Shown one piece after another: positions 56,279 to 63,709 of a stretch of 64,000 nt of DNA. The notes below the pieces were generated by a model. That model worked only from the letters and a program-made list of their open reading frames with translations, did no database searches and was not told where the DNA came from. The stretch lies in sequence record NZ_CP118109.1, one strand, 5' to 3'. Within the stretch, counting starts at the first letter, position 1. Each line of letters begins with the position of its first letter. A program made the position numbers and the translations under genes. Source of the DNA: a plasmid.

Positions 56279-56569
56279 ATGAGCATGCAGAAAAAGTTAG
56301 AGGCAGCAAGACTAGAAGGATATAAGGCAGGGTTTGAAGCTGGTCTTAAAGACAGTGCTTCGCAGAAGGAAATTCAGACATCTTTTCTGAATGGTATCAA
56401 AGTGGGGGCAGATGCTGCAAATGAAGCATGGTCCTCAGCCGTTCAAAATGCCCCAGGCGTAGGTCCAAAAACCATGAAAAAGATATACGATCAAGCCGAG
56501 AAGGAGCATAAAGAACGAAAAGTGGAGCGTGAAATGCTTGCAAAGTCTTCCGTAGCCAAAGGTGCATAG
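56279..56569 (+). CDS. hypothetical protein with helix-hairpin-helix-like GVGPKTMKKI
   Basis: AGGAGGAAG RBS. Confidence 0.45.
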   Translation: MSMQKKLEAARLEGYKAGFEAGLKDSASQKEIQTSFLNGIKVGADAANEAWSSAVQNAPGVGPKTMKKIYDQAEKEHKERKVEREMLAKSSVAKGA

Positions 56570-56580
56570 GTTGCTTTGCA

Positions 56581-56666
56581 ATGACATAAAGTTGCCTACT
56601 CGGCTAGAGAATTGACATAAAGTTACCCACCAGACTGGAGAGTGACATAAAGTTACCTACCAGAAG
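56581..56666 (+). repeat. three direct repeats TGACATAAAGTTNCCYACC at 32-bp period
   Basis: Copies at 56582, 56614, 56646; directly upstream of strong terminator. Confidence 0.7.
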
Positions 56667-56674
56667 CTGCCTAG

Positions 56675-56716
56675 GCCGCCGGTAAACTAGCTCAAGTTTA
56701 CTCGGCGGTTTTTTTG
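56675..56716 (+). terminator. intrinsic terminator (13-bp stem + TTTTTTT)
   Basis: CCGCCGGTAAACT...AGTTTACTCGGCGG + U7. Confidence 0.8.
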
Positions 56717-56755
56717 GTAATACTATCTTCATAATAGTTCTTGGAGGAAACACAC

Positions 56756-56845
56756 TTGAAGGAAGATGCTAAGATCGTATTCAGTATTATTGCATTAGGT
56801 TTTTTCATCATTGCATTAGTCATACTAGTATTATACTGGGCCTAA
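56756..56845 (+). CDS. tiny hydrophobic peptide (29 aa, TTG start)
   Basis: GGAGGA RBS 56743-56748; single TM; speculative. Confidence 0.2.
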   Translation: MKEDAKIVFSIIALGFFIIALVILVLYWA

Positions 56846-57007
56846 GAGGGCCGATTTCTCATCCTCAGACATTTAGTCAAAATTCAGATTTTGTGCACAT
56901 GTCTAACATAAAATACTTTATGTAAACCAAAAAGCCGCCTATTGGCGGTTTCCTGGACCCAATGAACCAATGATTATTATCACCAATAAAATGTTTTTCA
57001 TACATAA

Positions 57008-57040
57008 AAGCCGCCCTATACAGGACGGCCTTGTTTTTGC
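57008..57040. terminator. bidirectional intrinsic terminator (serves minus-strand hag and + strand)
   Basis: GCCGCCCTATACAGGACGGC hairpin flanked by T-tracts on both strands; second hairpin at 56930-56953. Confidence 0.65.
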
Positions 57041-57048
57041 TTTTAATA

Positions 57049-58092
57049 TTAACGAAGCAATTGAAGAACTGCTTGTGGTTGTTGGTTTGCTTGAGCCAAC
57101 ATTGCTTGAGCTGCTTGGGAAAGAATCGAGTTCTTAGTTTGCTCAACCATTTCTTTCGCCATGTCAACGTCACGAATACGGGATTCAGATGCTGTCAGGT
57201 TCTCTGCTGTTGTACCCAGGTTATTTACTGTGTGCTCCAAACGGTTTTGTACGGAACCCAATTTAGAACGCTCAGCAGATACGCTCTCGATCGCTGCGTT
57301 AATTGTAGTGATTGCTGTATCAGCGTCTTCTTGGTTAGAAATGTTGATACCAGCGTTTACTTTTGCTTCATCAGCATATGCTTCGTCAACTTTGACAACC
57401 ATTTTGTCGCCATCGTAGTAACCAGCTACAACAACATCATCTTCGGTTGCCTTTCTAGTTGTACCATTACCACTGCCATCGTCAATGTCGTCTCCGACAT
57501 TAACTGCTTCTTTAAAAGTAAGTGTAGTTGTTCCGGCAGTCAAAGTTGCAGTAGTGCCATCGTTATCAGATGTGTACTCTGTGCTTACTTTCAGCGCTTC
57601 AGCGCCCATGTCACTAATTGAAAGACTAATGCTTTGACCTGCATTTGCTCCGATTTGGAATGTAACATTTTCAGCAGAACCATTGATCAGCTTTTTCGTA
57701 TTGAACTCAGTGTCTGTAGAGATACGAGTCAATTCTTCAGCTAATTGGTTTACTTCTTTTTGAAGCTCTGCGCGGTCGGAATCCGTGTTTGTGTCAGATG
57801 CTGATTGAACTGCCAGCTCACGCATACGTTGCAGGATAGAATGAGATTCATTCAATGCACCTTCAGCTGTCTGGATCAGTGAGATACCATCTTGAGCGTT
57901 ACGAGAAGCTTGCTCAAGACCGCGGATTTGTCCACGCATTTTTTCGGAGATTGCAAGACCCGCTGCGTCATCACCAGCACGGTTGATGCGAAGACCGGAA
58001 GACAATTTCTCCATGTTTTTTCCTTGTGCAGAGTTAGCTGCGCCCAGGCTGCGTTGAGTGTTAATCGCCGCAATGTTGTGATTGATAATCAT
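57049..58092 (-). CDS. hag: flagellin (Hag/FliC family)
   Basis: N-terminal [16 protein letters not shown]...[30 protein letters not shown] and C-terminal [14 protein letters not shown]...[25 protein letters not shown], near-identical to B. subtilis Hag D0/D1; GGAGGT RBS. Confidence 0.95.
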   Translation of the reverse strand: MIINHNIAAINTQRSLGAANSAQGKNMEKLSSGLRINRAGDDAAGLAISEKMRGQIRGLEQASRNAQDGISLIQTAEGALNESHSILQRMRELAVQSASDTNTDSDRAELQKEVNQLAEELTRISTDTEFNTKKLINGSAENVTFQIGANAGQSISLSISDMGAEALKVSTEYTSDNDGTTATLTAGTTTLTFKEAVNVGDDIDDGSGNGTTRKATEDDVVVAGYYDGDKMVVKVDEAYADEAKVNAGINISNQEDADTAITTINAAIESVSAERSKLGSVQNRLEHTVNNLGTTAENLTASESRIRDVDMAKEMVEQTKNSILSQAAQAMLAQANQQPQAVLQLLR

Positions 58093-58150
58093 TTTTAACC
58101 TACCTCCATGTAGTTACGTCAAGGAGAGTCCTTTCTCCTTGCGTTAAGAT

Positions 58151-58348
58151 TTAGAGCGGCAGTCCATTTTGTCTGCAGAGCTCTTTTTGTTCGTCTGACA
58201 AGATCTCTTCCCTGAGTATCTTAACGTCATTCGGAGCAGTTATTTCTAACTTTGGATTGCCGTAATCATCGACCTTCACTTTAATATGTATGGAATTGCC
58301 GATAATGATCGACTCACCCGCTCTTCTGTTGACTGTTAATTTTCCCAT
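58151..58348 (-). CDS. csrA: carbon storage regulator CsrA (flagellin translation regulator)
   Basis: MGKLTVNRRAGESIIIGNSIHIKV...ITAPNDVKILREEI matches CsrA (LVLTRKVGESIVIGDDIEITV...APKEV-V-REEI); directly upstream of hag as in B. subtilis. Confidence 0.8.
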   Translation of the reverse strand: MGKLTVNRRAGESIIIGNSIHIKVKVDDYGNPKLEITAPNDVKILREEILSDEQKELCRQNGLPL

Positions 58349-58382
58349 GCCGACTACCAACTTCCCTATTGTGATAGTTATT

Positions 58383-58409
58383 TTATCGGCGGGATCCGGA
58401 AATAGTTTA
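58383..58409 (-). promoter_or_regulatory. sigmaD (sigma-28, flagellar) promoter TAAA-N15-GCCGATAA driving csrA-hag
   Basis: Minus-strand TAAA (58409-58406), 15-nt spacer, GCCGATAA (58390-58383) vs consensus TAAA-N15-GCCGATAT. Confidence 0.65.
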
Positions 58410-58445
58410 TACCATTTTAAAAAAATTTTATTGGAGCTGATAAAT

Positions 58446-58790
58446 ATGAAATATAACCCTACTCTACTCAACGTTTTTAATCTTAATAAATTTGATCCTC
58501 GTGAGTTAACGTATAGCGAAAAAATGCTGGTCGAGGAATATCTTGGCGAAATCTTAGAGGAACAATATTCCGGAGACATCCAAGAAATTATCCATTATCA
58601 AGATAAACGCATTACATTTAGCGAGGATTCTGAAGGCTTCAAACTGCCCCTAGCAAACGATCTACCACTTGAATATAACCTATGGAATATAAATAGTTTA
58701 TTCGCCTATGGAGAGGCTGATATGGAGCTTGTGGCGGTCTTAGAGAATCCCGAAAATACAATGAATCAGGTGATGGTTAGTATGTATTAA
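58446..58790 (+). CDS. hypothetical acidic protein (divergent from csrA)
   Basis: ATG 58446 after GGAGCTGA; ORF track frame. Confidence 0.4.
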   Translation: MKYNPTLLNVFNLNKFDPRELTYSEKMLVEEYLGEILEEQYSGDIQEIIHYQDKRITFSEDSEGFKLPLANDLPLEYNLWNINSLFAYGEADMELVAVLENPENTMNQVMVSMY

Positions 58791-58841
58791 TTATCTATTT
58801 ATTGGTATAATTTAATTAGAACATCGAGGTGATTTTGCTAA

Positions 58842-59102
58842 ATGAAAATAATATCTATCTATCTGGCGATAGGTTCCATTATCGCTTTTCTATTTTTAAT
58901 GTCTCTATACGGCTTTAGTTGGTACACCCAAAGAAATGAGCCTGATGATTTTGAAGAGGAGCTGGAAAGAGAGCAGCTGCAAGGATCGTGGGATAAAGCA
59001 TCAAGAGAATTTGGCGGAGACATGCGTACTGTATTCTTGATGTTCGTTACGATCTGTCTGGCTTGGCCAGGTTTTATTATTTATGCTTTCAAGAAAGACT
59101 GA
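58842..59102 (+). CDS. membrane protein (2 TM)
   Basis: ORF track; GAGGTG RBS. Confidence 0.45.
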   Translation: MKIISIYLAIGSIIAFLFLMSLYGFSWYTQRNEPDDFEEELEREQLQGSWDKASREFGGDMRTVFLMFVTICLAWPGFIIYAFKKD

Positions 59103-59130
59103 ACATCGTATTGCAGGAGTGTAAAGAAAA

Positions 59131-59367
59131 TTGAAACAGATTGAAGAATGCTTTGACCGGTATTTTGATAATATGTCACCGCTCAAAAAGAAATGGCAAA
59201 TCGTCGATGCGCCAGGAAATAGTCTATGGCTTTTTCATTACCACCATCTTATTCTTGTCTTTAATAAGACCACTAGAGAGATTATTCATGAGTGGGCGGA
59301 AACATCTGCTGATAAGCGCGGTTTGAGAGCTGCAAAAGAATATCTTACAAGACGTTATGATCTGTAG
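59131..59367 (+). CDS. hypothetical protein (TTG start)
   Basis: ORF track. Confidence 0.4.
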   Translation: MKQIEECFDRYFDNMSPLKKKWQIVDAPGNSLWLFHYHHLILVFNKTTREIIHEWAETSADKRGLRAAKEYLTRRYDL

Positions 59368-59481
59368 TATAGTATAGCAACGAGGAACGCTTGTATGCTT
59401 AGGCGCTGTCTCCGATTTTGATGTTTCATTATTGGAATCATGGGGTAATATATTCTTTTACATTCATCACGAGGTGAGGAC

Positions 59482-60009
59482 ATGATTGGCCTGCTTAGAC
59501 AGCGACCTGCGTTAATTGTTGGATTTATTGTAAATAGCGATACCCACATTGAAGCTGTACGTAATTTATTTCCTGTCGAGTACCATAAAAGGATGATCTT
59601 TCTTTCGCTAAGCGCGCTTGATCTAACCGATAATATGAAGCGTTATGTAACCATGCTAGGCAATCTTACTCATCATTTAATTATTTGCCTAGATCCTGGC
59701 CAAATCGCTGATGCTCTTACTCCTGTATTTAAGGAGTGGGTGCCTTCTGCCGAAGAAGTTGTTCTCAACGTTCCTTTGCTCGAATGCGAAAAAGAATATT
59801 TGGGTCTTCAAATTTTTGAAGCATACCGTTTTTCTGTTTGTGAGAAGAAACGTGCTAAAGAATTAATACCCTGCATAAATTGTACCAAGATGACCTATAT
59901 TATCGACTCTAGCTGGAATGTGCCTTTATGTAGTGATGCATGCTTTGAAGAATGGGAATCGAATCATGCGAAGAAGCTGCGCTCAAAACGCCATAAGCAA
60001 AAATTATAA
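59482..60009 (+). CDS. hypothetical protein with C-terminal FCS/TRASH-type zinc ribbon
   Basis: GAGGTGAGG RBS; CINC-x15-CSDACFEEW. Confidence 0.45.
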   Translation: MIGLLRQRPALIVGFIVNSDTHIEAVRNLFPVEYHKRMIFLSLSALDLTDNMKRYVTMLGNLTHHLIICLDPGQIADALTPVFKEWVPSAEEVVLNVPLLECEKEYLGLQIFEAYRFSVCEKKRAKELIPCINCTKMTYIIDSSWNVPLCSDACFEEWESNHAKKLRSKRHKQKL

Positions 60010-60260
60010 TATCTAAGCGGATGATTGGATGTTTTCAGTTGTCCGCTTCTTTGTTTTTCGATTTTTATCTACCTTCTTCCCTCTCATTTTTACCGCCTCC
60101 GTTTGATAGTTTCTACTCTTTTTATACCCTATTTGCTAGGACGAACACAAGTCTTTTGTCGATTCACTTATCCACAGCTCTGCCTATTATTTATATATGG
60201 TGGAGAAAAGATTTTATTAAAGAAAGTACTTCTTTGCGTTAAATTTTTTAACCCCCCTCT

Positions 60261-60463
60261 TTAAAATTTTTAACGTAATAGCCTTTCGTTAAAATTTTTA
60301 ACGTAATGTTTTTGCCTAAAATCGTTACGTTAAAAATTTTAACATAAGGGTTATCCACAGATCGATCTACTACGTTAAAATTTTTAACGTAATGAGCTTC
60401 AACTCTCAAATTCGTTACGTTAAAAATTTTAACGTAAGAGATAACCACAAAATCTGTGGATAA
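60261..60463. repeat. origin-like array: five palindromic iterons (TTACGTTAAAA(A)TTTT(T)AACGTAA) plus two perfect DnaA boxes in inverted orientation
   Basis: Iterons at 60261, 60287, 60323, 60371, 60412; TTATCCACA 60351-60359; TGTGGATAA 60455-60463; AT-rich. Confidence 0.65.
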
Positions 60464-60477
60464 CTTTTCAATAAAAA

Positions 60478-60508
60478 AAGCAGAAGGATGTCTCCCTCTG
60501 CTCTCTTT
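60478..60508. terminator. bidirectional intrinsic terminator between rep gene and iteron array
   Basis: AGCAGAAGG-loop-CCCTCTGCT with T-tracts on both sides. Confidence 0.55.
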
Positions 60509-61483
60509 TTACAAAAATTTTTCTGCTGTAGTAACACAAATAATTGCATCATTATTGTTGGTCAAATCTCTAAAGATGTTAAGAATTTGCTTCGAATGAT
60601 AATTATCAATCCATTCTGCAGCGAATGGCGCAGGCGCAAGCACCACCAGTTTGTTATCTTCGAAGAACCCAAAAGTCTCTTTAAACCATGTGCCAAATGT
60701 AACGGCGCTTATAGATCGTTTCAAGATATCTTCGATCTCACTCCATAAGTGAATGTCTTGAGGTGTTCGATTCAGGAACAGCTCTTCACGTTTTTTGTTG
60801 ATCCTTACTTCCAACGGAGCGGTGACTTCAATTGATCCAGGTGTTCTAGCTCTCCCCTTCTCATGCAGCTTCTTAATCTCGTCTTCATGATCATTATTCT
60901 CTGGGAGCATAACCTCGTTAGACTCAAAAAGTTTTTCCATAAAGCGATTATGTTGAAGGAGTAGCCACTCAGGCAGCTGCTTCAGCTCTGCCTCACTTAA
61001 GAAAGGAACGGTCTGTCTTACTTTCACTCGAGTGCTATCATTCATTCCCTTTTTCTTTTTACTCTCTGCCCAGAACCGCATAACAAAACCGTAGTCTTCA
61101 AGTTTACTTAGGTATTTAATCAGTGTAACACGACTGATCCCCATCATTTCTGCCATGTGTTCTTGTGACATATGAGGGATTGATTCGTTGAATGAAAGGC
61201 TCAGATAATTTATGTAGGTCATGGTAGCTTCTGGCCCAAGAAAGTATTGCCAAAATTTAATCAGATAATTGTGAACGGTGGTTTTGTTGCCTGGTGTGTA
61301 AGGCAGTGAAAGACCCAAGTTCTCGAGCGAATAACTAGTGACATCTTTTTCAGTGTAATAGATCTTCCTCGTCTCCTCGACCATTTCCTCAATGCTCTCC
61401 CCGTTAACTTTTCTTTTTCGCGGCACCTTATTTCCCGTCTTTTCATAGCGGAAATAATGTATGTCATTCGTGCTGTCGCCCAT
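60509..61483 (-). CDS. replication initiator: N-terminal RepA_N-like wHTH plus C-terminal DnaA domain-I-like domain
   Basis: HTH MSQEHMAEMMGISRVTLIKYLSKLEDYGFV; C-terminal LWSEIEDILKRSISAVTFGTWFKETFGFFEDNKLVVLAPAPFAAEWIDNYHSKQILNIF aligns with B. subtilis DnaA N-terminus ([25 protein letters not shown]...LTITAPNEFARDWLESRYLHLI); start set at ATG 61483 behind GAGGAGG. Confidence 0.6.
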   Translation of the reverse strand: MGDSTNDIHYFRYEKTGNKVPRKRKVNGESIEEMVEETRKIYYTEKDVTSYSLENLGLSLPYTPGNKTTVHNYLIKFWQYFLGPEATMTYINYLSLSFNESIPHMSQEHMAEMMGISRVTLIKYLSKLEDYGFVMRFWAESKKKKGMNDSTRVKVRQTVPFLSEAELKQLPEWLLLQHNRFMEKLFESNEVMLPENNDHEDEIKKLHEKGRARTPGSIEVTAPLEVRINKKREELFLNRTPQDIHLWSEIEDILKRSISAVTFGTWFKETFGFFEDNKLVVLAPAPFAAEWIDNYHSKQILNIFRDLTNNNDAIICVTTAEKFL

Positions 61484-61505
61484 CTTCAAAGACCTCCTCA
61501 AGTAA

Positions 61506-61534
61506 TTGACAGGAATAGGAGGCTCCGATATACT
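61506..61534 (+). promoter_or_regulatory. sigmaA-type promoter TTGACA-N17-TATACT divergent from rep
   Basis: -35 61506-61511, -10 61529-61534. Confidence 0.55.
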
Positions 61535-61540
61535 AGACCT

Positions 61541-61668
61541 AACGTAAAAATCATATTCCTCTATATCTCTCTGATGATTCTCTCAATTTTCAAGGAGCCA
61601 TGACACTAAAGTCTAGGTATAGCAGGAACCTTTAAGCCACCTGACCACGGGTGGCTTTTTCCTTTTAT
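61541..61668 (+). ncRNA. candidate small RNA (~125 nt) from promoter 61506 to terminator 61636-61665; potentially antisense to rep leader
   Basis: Promoter + intrinsic terminator (GCCACC-TGACCAC-GGGTGGC + TTTTT) with no ORF (only 11 codons) between. Confidence 0.35.
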
Positions 61669-61743
61669 TGATATTAACATACATTCTTAGACTTTGGAAA
61701 CTCCCCCAGTACTTTTATCACCAAGGTATGATTTGACAACGAC

Positions 61744-61768
61744 TTGACACTAAAAGTTTGGTATAATA
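61744..61768 (+). promoter_or_regulatory. promoter with extended -10 TGGTATAAT (TTGACA 12 nt upstream)
   Basis: TTGACActaaaagtttgGTATAAT upstream of 61804 gene. Confidence 0.5.
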
Positions 61769-61803
61769 TACTAAACCCAACAAATGGATGTTGGGTGGTC
61801 ATT

Positions 61804-62352
61804 ATGAAATATGTCAAAGGCTTAGACGAAAAATACTACGGAGAGATGATCGTAGAGATCGACCAAAAGTTCCAGGCGCTCCATGCAAAATTGAATCTGT
61901 ATTGCCCTGGGCTGCATTTAATGCCCACGCCGGTTACTGTAGAGGGTGTTCAATATCCTTATCCTCTTGCAGCACAAATACGAGAGATCTATCTCTATAT
62001 GATCGGTCAAAGAGAAATGCCGCAAGACATAGTAAGCATGCTAGAAAGTATCTGCTCTCTAATTTGGGAGAACAACTTTCTGAATGAAACATTCTTTACT
62101 ATCGACTGGCTAAAGTGGGAAAAAACCTTGATCGGAAGGTTTGTAAGATGCACCTACATAAGAATTACACTAGATGCTGGCGAACCGATCACAGCAAAAC
62201 AATTGGCGCTTATGACTGGCCTTACACCGGCTGGTATAGTAAAAGCCATAAATACCAAGAGGCTTCATGGGCGGAAGATCAAGAGCGAATGGTCTATTCC
62301 AGCGGAAGATGCCACCACTTTTATTTGGAAGCACGTCAATACATCAAGATAG
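61804..62352 (+). CDS. hypothetical protein with C-terminal HTH-like segment
   Basis: ITAKQLALMTGLTPAGIVKAINTKRLHG; ORF track trimmed. Confidence 0.4.
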   Translation: MKYVKGLDEKYYGEMIVEIDQKFQALHAKLNLYCPGLHLMPTPVTVEGVQYPYPLAAQIREIYLYMIGQREMPQDIVSMLESICSLIWENNFLNETFFTIDWLKWEKTLIGRFVRCTYIRITLDAGEPITAKQLALMTGLTPAGIVKAINTKRLHGRKIKSEWSIPAEDATTFIWKHVNTSR

Positions 62353-62365
62353 GGGATTGAGCTGC

Positions 62366-62518
62366 ATGTACATTGTAACCTGGGTTGAAAATGATCAAGT
62401 CCAAGATAGAGGATTCAAAACTCCTTCAGAGCGAGATACTTTTATTAGCAATCTTAAAGAAGAAGGCATTGAATCTGATTGGTACTCTGACGAAGAAGCC
62501 AAGGAGGAAAATCGTTAA
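62366..62518 (+). CDS. small hypothetical acidic protein (50 aa)
   Basis: GGGGATTGAG then ATG 62366; ORF track frame 62267..62518. Confidence 0.3.
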   Translation: MYIVTWVENDQVQDRGFKTPSERDTFISNLKEEGIESDWYSDEEAKEENR

Positions 62519-62790
62519 TGAATGATATGGTAGTTCAAATGGAGATTGCTGACTTAACCGATCACACAGATTTGCAAAAGCAAATCATCATTGAACGACT
62601 ACAGACTGACACGAATTTGCGAGACGATCAGTACAATGTAATAGGAAGAATAATTCTGCCTTATCTTGATGGTGACAAGTTAAAGGCTACCGTAAAAGTG
62701 CACTCATCTTCTATTATCACTAGGTCAATAGCAGAGGCTTGCAAAAATATATCATCTGAAATACGAAATATGAAATTTAATCTGCACTAA
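62518..62790 (+). CDS. hypothetical protein
   Basis: ORF track; ATGA overlap; followed by terminator. Confidence 0.45.
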   Translation: MNDMVVQMEIADLTDHTDLQKQIIIERLQTDTNLRDDQYNVIGRIILPYLDGDKLKATVKVHSSSIITRSIAEACKNISSEIRNMKFNLH

Positions 62791-62795
62791 AAAAA

Positions 62796-62820
62796 CCTGC
62801 CAACACGGCAGGCTTTTTTA
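62796..62820 (+). terminator. intrinsic terminator
   Basis: CCTGCC-AACAC-GGCAGG + TTTTTTA. Confidence 0.75.
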
Positions 62821-62900
62821 TAGGGAAAATAAGTCAAAGAGAGAAAAATCAAGGAGCAGGAAAAAAGGTCATTTGTTCCTATAGCTAGTATATAATGAAA

Positions 62901-62914
62901 TGTAATGCATTACA
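62901..62914. promoter_or_regulatory. dyad motif TGTAATGCATTACA (copy 9, perfect palindrome) flanked by TATAAT boxes
   Basis: Recurring motif family. Confidence 0.6.
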
Positions 62915-63053
62915 ATACATATAATTATTTCAGTGTATGAAAAATTCATAATAGAAAGACATCCAATGTTAAAAGAAGCAATCATGCCACATTCTACCTC
63001 TCGGCGTCAAACCTTTTTTAGCTGCCCCTCTCCCTTTGCCGCCTATCGGCGGA

Positions 63054-63082
63054 AGAAAAAAACCACCATTGCTGGTGGCTTA
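63054..63082 (-). terminator. intrinsic terminator for minus-strand tmk operon
   Basis: rc: AAGCCACCAGCAATGGTGG + TTTTTTTT. Confidence 0.7.
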
Positions 63083-63085
63083 GTA

Positions 63086-63703
63086 TTATAGGATGTCCTC
63101 GTCTTTAAGTCTTGCGATGACTTCCTTCTTAATTTCTTCATGAACATCCTCGATCGGCGCATTTCCATCTATAATTGGATGATCTTTTCTTCTGAAGATT
63201 CGATAGGCAAAGCTAACTTGATGAAGCAAATTAAGATCAGATTCATAACGATCATTAACACCGCCATTATGCTTTCCTTTTCGCTCCATGCTGAGCTCTG
63301 GTGGAATTTCAATAACAATATCCATATCTGGCTTACGTAAAAGCTCCTGAAGCTTTTCGCACCAATCATATGGCATTTCATTCACTATGCCATAAACAAA
63401 TTGACTTAGAGTATAGCGATCTAGGATTAGTACATCTACACCGGCAGCTTCTAGTTCATTGAAGTATTCTTGTTGAGCATGCTTATCGGCTGCCATGATC
63501 AGCTCGATAGTAGCTTGGCTAACAGGGTATTCCTTACGAAGCCATTTTGCGATGAGCTCTCCGGTTGGCGTATCATACCGATGAAACTCACTCTGCTCTA
63601 CCTTGAGACCTTTCTCCCGCAATGCTTCAGTAAGCAGCTTTGCTTGAGTGGCTTTCCCACTCTTATCAAGTCCCTCAAGGGCTATGATGAACATTTTCTT
63701 CAT
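63086..63703 (-). CDS. tmk: thymidylate kinase
   Basis: P-loop LEGLDKSGKAT, DRY motif (ILDRYTLS), lid region; typical dTMP kinase length. Confidence 0.85.
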   Translation of the reverse strand: MKKMFIIALEGLDKSGKATQAKLLTEALREKGLKVEQSEFHRYDTPTGELIAKWLRKEYPVSQATIELIMAADKHAQQEYFNELEAAGVDVLILDRYTLSQFVYGIVNEMPYDWCEKLQELLRKPDMDIVIEIPPELSMERKGKHNGGVNDRYESDLNLLHQVSFAYRIFRRKDHPIIDGNAPIEDVHEEIKKEVIARLKDEDIL

Positions 63704-63709
63704 ATCACT

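Noticed and set aside
56581-56666. CRISPR array
   Set aside because: Only three ~19-bp repeats with ~13-bp spacers; far too short for CRISPR repeat/spacer geometry; no cas genes.
58290-58579. Long N-terminal extension of CsrA (142-aa minus ORF 58151..58579) and 166-aa + ORF from 58290
   Set aside because: CsrA homology begins at MGKLTVN (ATG 58348); the upstream extension overlaps the sigmaD promoter and has no similarity. The + strand gene more plausibly starts at ATG 58446 behind its own RBS.
60261-60463. CRISPR array or simple tandem repeat at the iteron region
   Set aside because: Units are internally palindromic, AT-rich and associated with perfect DnaA boxes next to a rep gene; origin- or iteron-like instead.
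60509-61501. Rep start at 61501 (MRRSLKM...)
   Set aside because: That TTG codon lies inside the GAGGAGG Shine-Dalgarno sequence; the ATG at 61483 has correct spacing.
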